64,000 nucleotides of DNA, from assembly GCF_009914755.1 (NCBI RefSeq), contig NC_060925.1. One strand, given 5' to 3'. Below the pieces are notes generated by a model. It was not told where the DNA came from, did no database searches, and saw only the letters and a list, made by a program, of their open reading frames with translations. The position numbers and the translations under genes are program-made. Shown piece after piece: positions 25,159 to 38,565 of the stretch. Each line of letters opens with the position of its first letter. The first letter of the stretch is position 1. This DNA comes from the human T2T-CHM13v2.0 reference genome, Homo sapiens.

Positions 25159-28100
25159 CCAGGTGAGCATCTGACATCGTGGAGCAGCACCCCACACCCA
25201 CAGGTGAGCATCTGACAGCCTGGAGCAGCACCCACACCCCCAGGTGAGCATCTGACAGCCTGGAACAGCACCCTGCACCCCCAGGTGAGCATCCGACAGC
25301 CTGGAGCAGCAACCACACTCCCAGGCGAGCATCCGATGACCTGGAGCAGCACCCACAACCCCAAGTGAGCATCTGATTGTCTGGAGCAGCACCCACAACC
25401 ACAGGTGAGCATCGTAGAGTCTGGAGCAGCGCCCACAGCCACAGGCGAGCATCTGACAGCCCGGAGCAGTGCCCACACCCCGAGGTGAGCATCTGACAAC
25501 AGGGAGCAGCACCCATAGCCCATGGTGAGCACCTGACAACCTGGAGCAGCACCCACACACCCAGGTGAGCATCTGATGGTCTGGAGCAGCACCCACAACC
25601 ACAGGTGAGCATCGGAGAGTCAGGAGCAGTGCCCACACACCCAGGCGAGCATCTGACAGCCTGGAGCAGTGCCCACACCCCCAGGTGAGCATCTGACATC
25701 GTGGAGCAGCACCCCACACCCACAGGTGAGCATCTGACAGCCTGGAGCAGCACCCACACCCCCAGGTGAGCATCTGACAGCCTGGAACAGCACCCACATC
25801 CCCAGGTGAGCCTCTGACATCGTCGAGCAGCACCCCACACCCACAGGTGAGCATCTGACAGCCTGGAACAGCACCCACAACCCCAGGTGAGAATCTGATG
25901 TTCTGGAGCATCACACACAACCACAGGTGAGCATCGGAGAGTCTGGAGCAGCACCCACAACCCAAGGTGAGCATCTGACAACCTGGAGCAGCACCCACAC
26001 CCCGAGGTGAGCATCTGACCTCCCGGAGCAGGACCCATACCTCCAGGCGAGCATCTGAACCCATGGAGCAGCACCCACGCCCCCAGGCGAGCATCTGATC
26101 GAACAGAGCAGCACCCACAACACCATGCGAGCATCTGACAGCCTGGAACAGCACCCACAACCCCAGGTGAGCATCTGACAGCCCGCAGCAGCAACCACAC
26201 GCACAGGTGAGAATCTGACAGCCCGTAGCAGCACCCACACCCCCAGGGGAGCATCTGACATCCTGGAGCAGCACCGACAACCCCAGGTGAGCATCTGAGA
26301 GCCTGGAACAGCACCCACAACCCCAGGTGAGAATCTGACAGCCTGGAAGAGCACCCCACATCACCGGGTGAGCATCTGACAGCCTGGAACAGCAACCATA
26401 CCCTCAGGTAAGCATCTGACAGACTGGAACAGCACCCACACGCCCAGGTGAGCCTCTGACAGCCTGGAACAGCACGCGCAACCCCAGGTGAGCATCTGAC
26501 AGCCTGGAACAGCACCCACACCCACAGGTGAGCATCTGACAGCATGTAACAGCACCCACACCCCCAGGTGAGCATCTGACAGCCTGCAACAGCACCCTGC
26601 ACCCCCAGGTGCGCACGTGACAGCCTGGAAGAGCACCCACACCCCAAGGCGAGCATCTGACGGCCTGGAACGGCACCCACACCCCCAGGTGAGCATCCGA
26701 CAGCCTGGAGCAGCACCCACACCCCCAGGTGAGCATGTGACAGCCTGGAAGAGCACCCACACCCACAGGCGAGCATCTGACAGCCTGGGTCGGCAACCAC
26801 ACACGCAGGTGCGCATCTGATGGTCTGGAGCAGCACCCACACCAACAGGTGAGCATCTGACAGCCTGGAACAGAACCCACACCCCCAGGTGAGCATGTGA
26901 CAGACTGGAACAGCACCCACATGCCCAGGTGAGCCTCTGACAGCCTGTAACAGCAGCCTGCACCCCCAGGTGCGCCCGTGACAGCCTGGAACAGCACCGA
27001 CACCCACAGGCGAGCATCTGACGGCCTGGAACAGCACCCACACCCCCAGGTGAGCATTGGACAGCCTGGAGCAGCACCCACAACCCCAGGCGGGCAACCG
27101 ACAACCTGGAGCAGCACCCACACCCACAGTTGAGCATCTGACTTCGTGGAGCATAACCCCACACGCACAGGTGAGCATCTGACAGCCTGGAGCTGCACCC
27201 ACACCCTCAGGTGAGTCTCTGACAGCCTGGAACAGCACCCTGCACACCCAGGTGAGCATCCGACAGCCTGGAGCAGCACCCACACCCCCAGTTGAGCATC
27301 TGATGGTCTGGAGCAGCACCCACAACCACAGGTGAACATCAGAGAGTCTGGAGCAGCGCCCACAACCCCAGGCGAGCATCTGACAGCCTGGAGCAGTGCC
27401 CAAACACCCAGGTGAGCATCTGACAGCATGGAGCAGCACCCATAGCCCAAGGTGAGCATCTGACAACCTGGAGCAGCACCCACACACCGAGGTGAGCATC
27501 TGACCTCCCGGAGCAGCACCAGTACCCCCAGGCGAGCATCTGAACTCATGGAGCAGCACCCACACCCCCAGGCGAGCATCTGACCGAACGGAGCAGCACC
27601 CACAACCCCAGGCGAGCATCTGACAGCATGAAACAGCACCCAGAACTCCAGGTGAGCATCTGACAGCCCGCAGTAGCACCCACAAGCACAAGTGAGAATC
27701 TGACAGCCCAGAGCAGCACCCACACCCCCAGGGGAGCATCTGACCGCATGGAGCAGCACCCACACCCCCAGAAGAGCATCTGGCAGCCTGCAGCAGAACC
27801 CACACCAACAGGCGAGCATCTGACAGCCTGGGTCGGCACCCACACCCCCAGGTGAGCATCTGACGGCCTGGAACAGCACCCACACCCCCAGGTGAGCATC
27901 TGACATCGTGGAGCCGCACCCCACACCCACAGGTGAGCATCTGACAGCCTGGAGCAGCACCCACACCCCCAGGTGAGCATCTGACAGCCTGGAACAGCAC
28001 CCTGCACACCCAGGTGAGCATCCGACGGCCTGGAGCAGCACCCACCACTCCCAGGCCAGCATCCGATAACCTGGAGCAGCACCCACAACCCCAAGTGAGC

Positions 28101-28290
28101 ATCTGATTGTCTGGAGCAGCACCCACAACCACAGGTGAGCATCGTAGAGTCTGGAGCAGCGCCCACAGCCCCACGCGAGCATCTGACAGCCCGGAGCAGT
28201 GACCACACCTCCAGGTGAGCATCTGACAACAGGGAGCAGCACCCGTAGCCCATGGTGAGCATCTGACAACCTGGAGCAGCACCCACACCC
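25159..28290 (+). repeat. Truncated HOR unit (3,132 bp)
   Basis: Collinear with 28291 onward, except for one 41-bp monomer missing near 26690 and the last ~2,005 bp of the full unit missing. Confidence 0.82.
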
Positions 28291-31200
28291 CCAGGTGAGC
28301 ATCTGACATCGTGGAGCAGCACCCCACACCCACAGGTGAGCATCTGACAGCCTGGAGCAGCACCCACACCCCCAGGTGAGCATCTGACAGCCTGGAACAG
28401 CACCCTGCACCCCCAGGTGAGCATCCGACAGCCTGGAGCAGCAACCACACTCCCAGGCGTGCATCCGATGACCTGGAGCAGCACCCACAACCCCAAGTGA
28501 GCATCTGATTGTCTGGAGCAGCACCCACAACCACAGGTGAGCATCGTAGAGTCTGGAGCAGCGCCCACAGCCACAGGCGAGCATCTGACAGCCCGGAGCA
28601 GTGCCCACACCCCGAGGTGAGCATCTGACAACAGGGAGCAGCACCCATAGCCCATGGTGAGCACCTGACAACCTGGAGCAGCACCCACACACCCAGGTGA
28701 GCATCTGATGGTCTGGAGCAGCACCCACAACCACAGGTGAGCATCGGAGAGTCAGGAGCAGTGCCCACACACCCAGGCGAGCATCTGACAGCCTGGAGCA
28801 GTGCCCACACCCCCAGGTGAGCATCTGACATCGTGGAGCAGCACCCCACACCCACAGGTGAGCATCTGACAGCCTGGAGCAGCACCCACACCCCCAGGTG
28901 AGCATCTGACAGCCTGGAACAGCACCCACATCCCCAGGTGAGCCTCTGACATCGTCGAGCAGCACCCCACACCCACAGGTGAGCATCTGACAGCCTGGAA
29001 CAGCACCCACACCCCCAGGTGAGAATCTGATGTTCTGGAGCATCACACACAACCACAGGTGAGCATCGGAGAGTCTGGAGCAGCACCCACAACCCAAGGT
29101 GAGCATCTGACAACCTGGAGCAGCACCCACACCCCGAGGTGAGCATCTGACCTCCCGGAGCAGGACCCATACCTCCAGGCGAGCATCTGAACCCATGGAG
29201 CAGCACCCACGCCCCCAGGCGAGCATCTGACCGAACAGAGCAGCACCCACAACCCCATGCGAGCATCTGACAGCCTGGAACAGCACCCACAACCCCAGGT
29301 GAGCATCTGACAGCCCGCAGCAGCAACCACACGCACAGGTGAGAATCTGACAGCCCGTAGCAGCACCCACACCCCCAGGGGAGCATCTGACATCCTGGAG
29401 CAGCACCGACAACCCCAGGTGAGCATCTGAGAGCCTGGAACAGCACCCACAACCCCAGGTGAGAATCTGACAGCCTGGAAGAGCACCCCACATCACCGGG
29501 TGAGCATCTGACAGCCTGGAACAGCAACCATACCCTCAGGTAAGCATCTGACAGACTGGAACAGCACCCACACGCCCAGGTGAGCCTCTGACAGCCTGGA
29601 ACAGCACGCGCAACCCCAGGTGAGCATCTGACAGCCTGGAACAGCACCCACACCCACAGGTGAGCATCTGACAGCATGTAACAGCACCCACACCCCCAGG
29701 TGAGCATCTGACAGCCTGCAACAGCACCCTGCACCCCCAGGTGCGCACGTGACAGCCTGGAAGAGCACCCACACCCCAAGGCGAGCATCTGACGGCCTGG
29801 AACGGCACCCACAACCCCAGGCGAGCATCGGACAGCCTGGAGCAGCACCCCACACCCCCAGGTGAGCATCCGACAGCCTGGAGCAGCACCCACACCCCCA
29901 GGTGAGCATGTGACAGCCTGGAAGAGCACCCACACCCCCAGGCGAGCATCTGACAGCCTGGGTCGGCAACCACACACGCAGGTGCGCATCTGATGGTCTG
30001 GAGCAGCACCCACACCAACAGGTGAGCATCTGACAGCCTGGAACAGAACCCACACCCCCAGGTGAGCATGTGACAGACTGGAACAGCACCCACATGCCCA
30101 GGTGAGCCTCTGACAGCCTGTAACAGCAGCCTGCACCCCCAGGTGCGCCCGTGACAGCCTGGAACAGCACCGACACCCACAGGCGAGCATCTGACGGCCT
30201 GGAACAGCACCCACACCCCCAGGTGAGCATTGGACAGCCTGGAGCAGCACCCACAACCCCAGGCGGGCAACCGACAACCTGGAGCAGCACCCACACCCAC
30301 AGTTGAGCATCTGACTTCGTGGAGCATAACCCCACACGCACAGGTGAGCATCTGACAGCCTGGAGCTGCACCCACACCCTCAGGTGAGTCTCTGACAGCC
30401 TGGAACAGCACCCTGCACACCCAGGTGAGCATCCGACAGCCTGGAGCAGCACCCACACCCCCAGTTGAGCATCTGATGGTCTGGAGCAGCACCCACAACC
30501 ACAGGTGAACATCAGAGAGTCTGGAGCAGCGCCCACAACCCCAGGCGAGCATCTGACAGCCTGGAGCAGTGCCCAAACACCCAGGTGAGCATCTGACAGC
30601 ATGGAGCAGCACCCATAGCCCAAGGTGAGCATCTGACAACCTGGAGCAGCACCCACACACCGAGGTGAGCATCTGACCTCCCGGAGCAGCACCAGTACCC
30701 CCAGGCGAGCATCTGAACTCATGGAGCAGCACCCACAACCCCAGGCGAGCATCTGACCGAACGGAGCAGCACCCACAACCCCAGGCGAGCATCTGACAGC
30801 ATGAAACAGCACCCAGAACTCCAGGTGAGCATCTGACAGCCCGCAGTAGCACCCACAAGCACAAGTGAGAATCTGACAGCCCAGAGCAGCACCCACACCC
30901 CCAGGGGAGCATCTGACCGCATGGAGCAGCACCCACACCCCCAGGAGAGCATCCGGCAGCCTGCAGCAGAACCCACACCAACAGGCGAGCATCTGACAGC
31001 CTGGGTCGGCACCCACACCCCCAGGTGAGCATCTGACGGCCTGGAACAGCACCCACACCCCCAGGTGAGCATCTGACATCGTGGAGCCGCACCCCACACC
31101 CACAGGTGAGCATCTGACAGCCTGGAGCAGCACCCACACCCCCAGGTGAGCATCTGACAGCCTGGAACAGCACCCTGCACCCCCAGGTGAGCATCCGACA

Positions 31201-33468
31201 GCCTGGAGCAGCACCCACCACTCCCAGGCCAGCATCCGATAACCTGGAGCAGCACCCACAACCCCAAGTGAGCATCTGATTGTCTGGAGCAGCACCCACA
31301 ACCACAGGTGAGCATCGTAGAGTCTGGAGCAGCGCCCACAGCCCCACGCGAGCATCTGACAGCCCGGAGCAGTGACCACACCTCCAGGTGAGCATCTGAC
31401 AACAGGGAGCAGCACCCATAGCCCATGGTGAGCATCTGACAACCTGGAGCAGCACCCACACCCCCAGGTGAGCATCTGATGATCTGGAGCAGCACCCACA
31501 ACCACAGGTGAGCATCGGAGAGTCAGGAGCAGTGCCCACACACCCAGGCGAGCATCTGACAGCCTGGAGCAGTGCCCACACCCCCAGGTGAGCATCTGAC
31601 AGCGTGGAGCAGCACCCACAGCCCAAGGTGAGCATCTGACAACCTGGAGCAGCACCCACGCCCCCAGGCGAGCATCTGAACACACGGAGCAGCACCCACA
31701 CCCCCAGGCGAGCATCCGACAGCCTGGAGCAGCACCCACACACCCAGGTGAGCAACTGACAGCCTGGAGCAGCACCCACACACCCAGGTGATCATCTGAC
31801 AGCCTGGAACAGCACGCTGCCCCCCCAGGTGAGCATCTGACAGCCTGGAACAGCACACACACCCCCAGGCGAGCATCTGACAACGTGGAACAGCACCCAT
31901 ACGCCCAGATGAGCATCTGACAGCCTGGAACAGCACCCTGCACCCCCAGGTGAGCATCTGACAGCCTGGAACAGCACCCACACCCCCAGGTGAGCATCTG
32001 ACCACATCGCATGGCATCCTCACCCCCAGTTGCGCATCTGATGGTCTGGAGCAGCACCCACACCCACAGGTGAGCATCAGACAGCCTGGAACCGCAGCCA
32101 CACCCCCAGGCGAGCATCTGACAGCCTGGAGCAGCATCCACATCCCCAGGTGAGCATTTGACAGCCTGGAACAGCACTCACACCCCCAGGAGAGCATCCG
32201 GCAGCCTGGAGCGGAACCCACGGCCACAGGCGAGCATCTGAGAGCCTGGGTCGGCACCCACACCCCCAGGTGAGCATCTGATGGTTTGCGGCAACACCGA
32301 CACCCACAGGTGAGCATCTGACAGCCTGGAACAGAACCCACACGCCCAGGTGAGCATCTGACAGCCTGGAACAACAGCCTGCACCACCAGGTGCGCATGT
32401 GACAGCCTGGAACAGCACCAACACCCCCAGGCGAGCATCTGACGGCCTGGAACAGCACCCACACCCCCAGGTGAGCATCAGACAGCCTGGAACAACACCC
32501 ATACCCACAGGTGAGCATCTGACATCGTGGAGCAGCACCCCACACCCACAGGTGAGCATCTGACAGCCTGGAGCAGCACCCACACCCCCAGGTGAGCATC
32601 TGACAGCCTGGAACAGCACCCACACCCCCAGGTGAGAATCTGATTGTCTGGAGCATCACACACAACCACAGGTGAGCATCGGAGAGTCTGGAGCAGCACC
32701 CACATCCCAAGGTGAGCATCTGACAACCTGGAGCAGCACCCACACCTCGAGGTGAGCATCTGACCTCCCGGAGCAGGACCCATACCTCCAGGCGAGCATC
32801 TGAACCCATGGAGCAGCACACACGCCCCCAGGCGAGCATCTGACCGAACGGAGCAGCACCCACAACCCCAGGCGAGCATCTGACAGCCTTTAACAGCACC
32901 CACAACCCCAGGTGAGCATCTGACAGCCCGCAGCAGCACCCACACGCACAGGTGAGAATCTGACAGCCCGGAGCAGCACCCACACCCCCAGGGGAGCATC
33001 TGACCGCATGGAGCAGCACCCACACCCCCAGGGGAGCATCTGAAATCCTGGAGCTGCACCGACAACACCAGGTGAGCATCTGAGAGCCTGGAACAGCACC
33101 CGCACCCCCAGGTGAGAATCTGACAGCCTGGAAGAGCACCCCATATCCCCGGGTGAGCATCTGACAGCCTGGAACAGCACCCACTCCCCCAGGTGAGCAC
33201 CTGACAGACTGGAACAGCACCCACAGGCCCAGGTGAGCCTCTGACAGCTTGGAACAGCACGCGCACCCCCAGGTGAGCATCTGACAGCCTGGAACAGCAC
33301 CCACACCCCCAGGCGAGCATCTGATAGCCTGGAACAGCACCCACACCCCCAGGAGAGCATCCGGCAGCCTGCAGCAGAACCCACACCAACAGGCGAGCAT
33401 CTGACAGCCTGGGTCGGCACCCACACCCCCAGGTGAGCATCTGACGGCCTGGAACAGCACCCACACCC
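28291..33468 (+). repeat. Full-length HOR unit (5,178 bp)
   Basis: Markers are offset by exactly 5178 to the next copy (28752/33930, 29043/34221, 29493/34671, 31792/36970). Confidence 0.88.
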
Positions 33469-36400
33469 CCAGGTGAGCATCTGACATCGTGGAGCAGCAC
33501 CCCACACCCACAGGTGAGCATCTGACAGCCTGGAGCAGCACCCACACCCCCAGGTGAGCATCTGACAGCCTGGAACAGCACCCTGCACCCCCAGGTGAGC
33601 ATCCGACAGCCTGGAGCAGCAACCACACTCCCAGGCGAGCATCCGATGACCTGGAGCAGCACCCACAACCCCAAGTGAGCATCTGATTGTCTGGAGCAGC
33701 ACCCACAACCACAGGTGAGCATCGTAGAGTCTGGAGCAGCGCCCACAGCCACAGGCGAGCATCTGACAGCCCGGAGCAGTGCCCACACCCCGAGGTGAGC
33801 ATCTGACAACAGGGAGCAGCACCCATAGCCCATGGTGAGCACCTGACAACCTGGAGCAGCACCCACACACCCAGGTGAGCATCTGATGGTCTGGAGCAGC
33901 ACCCACAACCACAGGTGAGCATCGGAGAGTCAGGAGCAGTGCCCACACACCCAGGCGAGCATCTGACAGCCTGGAGCAGTGCCCACACCCCCAGGTGAGC
34001 ATCTGACATCGTGGAGCAGCACCCCACACCCACAGGTGAGCATCTGACAGCCTGGAGCAGCACCCACACCCCCAGGTGAGCATCTGACAGCCTGGAACAG
34101 CACCCACATCCCCAGGTGAGCCTCTGACATCGTCGAGCAGCACCCCACACCCACAGGTGAGCATCTGACAGCCTGGAACAGCACCCACACCCCCAGGTGA
34201 GAATCTGATGTTCTGGAGCATCACACACAACCACAGGTGAGCATCGGAGAGTCTGGAGCAGCACCCACAACCCAAGGTGAGCATCTGACAACCTGGAGCA
34301 GCACCCACACCCCGAGGTGAGCATCTGACCTCCCGGAGCAGGACCCATACCTCCAGGCGAGCATCTGAACCCATGGAGCAGCACCCACGCCCCCAGGCGA
34401 GCATCTGACCGAACAGAGCAGCACCCACAACCCCATGCGAGCATCTGACAGCCTGGAACAGCACCCACAACCCCAGGTGAGCATCTGACAGCCCGCAGCA
34501 GCAACCACACGCACAGGTGAGAATCTGACAGCCCGTAGCAGCACCCACACCCCCAGGGGAGCATGTGACATCCTGGAGCAGCACCGACAACCCCAGGTGA
34601 GCATCTGAGAGCCTGGAAAAGCACCCACAACCCCAGGTGAGAATCTGACAGCCTGGAAGAGCACCCCACATCACCGGGTGAGCATCTGACAGCCTGGAAC
34701 AGCAACCATACCCTCAGGTAAGCATCTGACAGACTGGAACAGCACCCACACGCCCAGGTGAGCCTCTGACAGCCTGGAACAGCACGCGCAACCCCAGGTG
34801 AGCATCTGACAGCCTGGAACAGCACCCACACCCACAGGTGAGCATCTGACAGCATGTAACAGCACCCACACCCCCAGGTGAGCATCTGACAACCTGCAAC
34901 AGCACCCTGCACCCCCAGGTGCGCACGTGACAGCCTGGAAGAGCACCCACACCCCAAGGCGAGCATCTGACGGCCTGGAACGGCACCCACACCCCCAGGC
35001 GAGCATCGGACAGCCTGGAGCAGCACCCCACACCCCCAGGTGAGCATCTGACAGCCTGGAGCAGCACCCACACCCCCAGGTGAGCATGTGACAGCCTGGA
35101 AGAGCACCCACACCCCCAGGCGAGCATCTGACAGCCTGGGTCGGCAACCACACACGCAGGTGCGCATCTGATGGTCTGGAGCAGCACCCACACCAACAGG
35201 TGAGCATCTGACAGCCTGGAACAGAACCCACACCCCCAGGTGAGCATGTGACAGACTGGAACAGCACCCACATGCCCAGGTGAGCCTCTGACAGCCTGTA
35301 ACAGCAGCCTGCACCCCCAGGTGCGCCCGTGACAGCCTGGAACAGCACCGACACCCACAGGCGAGCATCTGACGGCCTGGAACAGCACCCACACCCCCAG
35401 GTGAGCATTGGACAGCCTGGAGCAGCACCCACAACCCCAGGCGGGCAACCGACAACCTGGAGCAGCACCCACACCCACAGTTGAGCATCTGACTTCGTGG
35501 AGCATAACCCCACACGCACAGGTGAGCATCTGACAGCCTGGAGCTGCACCCACACCCTCAGGTGAGTCTCTGACAGCCTGGAACAGCACCCTGCACACCC
35601 AGGTGAGCATCCGACAGCCTGGAGCAGCACCCACACCCCCAGTTGAGCATCTGATGGTCTGGAGCAGCACCCACAACCACAGGTGAACATCAGAGAGTCT
35701 GGAGCAGCGCCCACAACCCCAGGCGAGCATCTGACAGCCTGGAGCCGTGCCCAAACACCCAGGTGAGCATCTGACAGCATGGAGCAGCACCCACATCCCA
35801 AGGTGAGCATCTGACAACCTGGAGCAGCACCCACACCCCGAGGTGAGCATCTGACCTCCCGGAGCAGCACCAGTACCCCCAGGCGAGCATCTGAACTCAT
35901 GGAGCAGCACCCACACCCCCAGGCGAGCATCTGTCCGAACGGAGCAGCACCCACAACCCCAGGCGAGCATCTGACAGCATGAAACAGCACCCAGAACTCC
36001 AGGTGAGCATCTGACAGCCCGCAGTAGCACCCACAAGCACAAGTGAGAATCTGACAGCCCAGAGCAGCACCCACACCCCCAGGGGAGCATCTGACCGCAT
36101 GGAGCAGCACCCACACCCCCAGGAGAGCATCCGGCAGCCTGCAGCAGAACCCACACCAACAGGCGAGCATCTGACAGCCTGGGTCGGCACCCACACCCCC
36201 AGGTGAGCATCTGACGGCCTGGAACAGCACCCACACCCCCAGGTGAGCATCTGACATCGTGGAGCCGCACCCCACACCCACAGGTGAGCATCTGACAGCC
36301 TGGAGCAGCACCCACACCCCCAGGTGAGCATCTGACAGCCTGGAACAGCACCCTGCACCCCCAGGTGAGCATCCGACAGCCTGGAGCAGCACCCACCACT

Positions 36401-38565
36401 CCCAGGCCAGCATCCGATAACCTGGAGCAGCACCCACAACCCCAAGTGAGCATCTGATTGTCTGGAGCAGCACCCACAACCACAGGTGAGCATCGTAGAG
36501 TCTGGAGCAGCGCCCACAGCCCCACGCGAGCATCTGACAGCCCGGAGCAGTGACCACACCTCCCGGTGAGCATCTGACAACAGGGAGCAGCACCCATAGC
36601 CCATGGTGAGCATCTGACAACCTGGAGCAGCACCCACATCCCCAGGTGAGCATCTGATGATCTGGAGCAGCACCCACAACCACAGGTGAGCATCGGAGAG
36701 TCAGGAGCAGTGCCCACACACCCAGGCGAGCATCTGACAGCCTGGAGCAGTGCCCACACCCCCAGGTGAGCATCTGACAGCGTGGAGCAGCACCCACAGC
36801 CCAAGGTGAGCATCTGACAACCTGGAGCAGCACCCACGCCCCCAGGCGAGCATCTGAACACACGGAGCAGCACCCACACCCCCAGGCGAGCATCCGACAG
36901 CCTGGAGCAGCACCCACACACCCAGGTGAGCAACTGACAGCCTGGAGCAGCACCCACACACCCAGGTGATCATCTGACAGCCTGGAACAGCACGCTGCCC
37001 CCCCAGGTGAGCATCTGACAGCCTGGAACAGCACACACACCCCCAGGCGAGCATCTGACAACCTGGAACAGCACCCATACGCCCAGATGAGCATCTGACA
37101 GCCTGGAACAGCACCCTGCACCCCCAGGTGAGCATCTGACAGCCTGGAACAGCACCCACACCCCCAGGTGAGCATCTGACCGCATCGCATGGCATCCTCA
37201 CCCCCAGTTGCGCATCTGATGGTCTGGAGCAGCACCCACACCCACAGGTGAGCATCAGACAGCCTGGAACCGCAGCCACACCCCCAGGCGAGCATCTGAC
37301 AGCCTGGAGCAGCATCCACACCCCCAGGTGAGCATTTGACAGCCTGGAACAGCACTCACACCCCCAGGAGAGCATCCGGCAGCCTGGAGTGGAACCCACG
37401 GCCACAGGCGAGCATCTGAGAGCCTGGGTCGGCACCCACACCCCCAGGTGAGCATCTGATGGTTTGCGGCAACACCGACACCCACAGGTGAGCATCTGAC
37501 AGCCTGGAACAGAACCCACACGCCCAGGTGAGCATCTGACAGCCTGGAACAACAGCCTGCACCACCAGGTGCGCATGTGACAGCCTGGAACAGCACCAAC
37601 ACCCCCAGGCGAGCATCTGACAGCCTGGAACAACACCCACACCCACAGGTGAGCATCTGACATCGTGGAGCAGCACCCACACCCCCAGGTGAGCATCTGA
37701 CAGCCTGGAACAGCACCCACACCCCCAGGTGAGAATCTGATTGTCTGGAGCATCACACACAACCACAGGTGAGCATCGGAGAGTCTGGAGCAGCACCCAC
37801 ATCCCAAGGTGAGCATCTGACAACCTGGAGCAGCACCCACACCTCGAGGTGAGCATCTGACCTCCCGGAGCAGGACCCATACCTCCAGGCGAGCATCTGA
37901 ACCCATGGAGCAGCACACACGCCCCCAGGCGAACATCTGACCTAACGGAGCAGCACCCACAACCCCAGGCGAGCATCTGACAGCCTTTAACAGCACCCAC
38001 AACCCCAGGTGAGCATCTGACAGCCCGCAGCAGCACCCACACGCACAGGTGAGAATCTGACAGCCCGGAGCAGCACCCACACCCCCAGGGGAGCATCTGA
38101 CCGCATGGAGCAGCACCCACACCCCCAGGGGAGCATCTGAAATCCTGGAGCTGCACCGACAACACCAGGTGAGCATCTGAGAGCCTGGAACAGCACCCGC
38201 ACCCCCAGGTGAGAATCTGACAGCCTGGAAGAGCACCCCATATCCCCGGGTGAGCATCTGACAGCCTGGAACAGCACCCACTCCCCCAGGTGAGCACCTG
38301 ACAGACTGGAACAGCACCCACAGGCCCAGGTGAGCCTCTGACAGCTTGGAACAGCACGCGCACCCCCAGGTGAGCATCTGACAGCCTGGAACAGCACCCA
38401 CACCCCCAGGCGAGCATCTGATAGCCTGGAACAGCACCCACACCCCCAGGAGAGCATCCGGCAGCCTGCAGCAGAACCCACACCAACAGGCGAGCATCTG
38501 ACAGCCTGGGTCGGCACCCACACCCCCAGGTGAGCATCTGACGGCCTGGAACAGCACCCACACCC
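33469..38565 (+). repeat. HOR unit (5,097 bp), lacking two single monomers (40 + 41 bp) near 37620-37680
   Basis: Comparing 32421-32650 with 37601-37750 shows loss of the GACGGCC monomer and of one 41-bp monomer. The corresponding ORF is 155 aa versus 182 aa. Confidence 0.85.
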
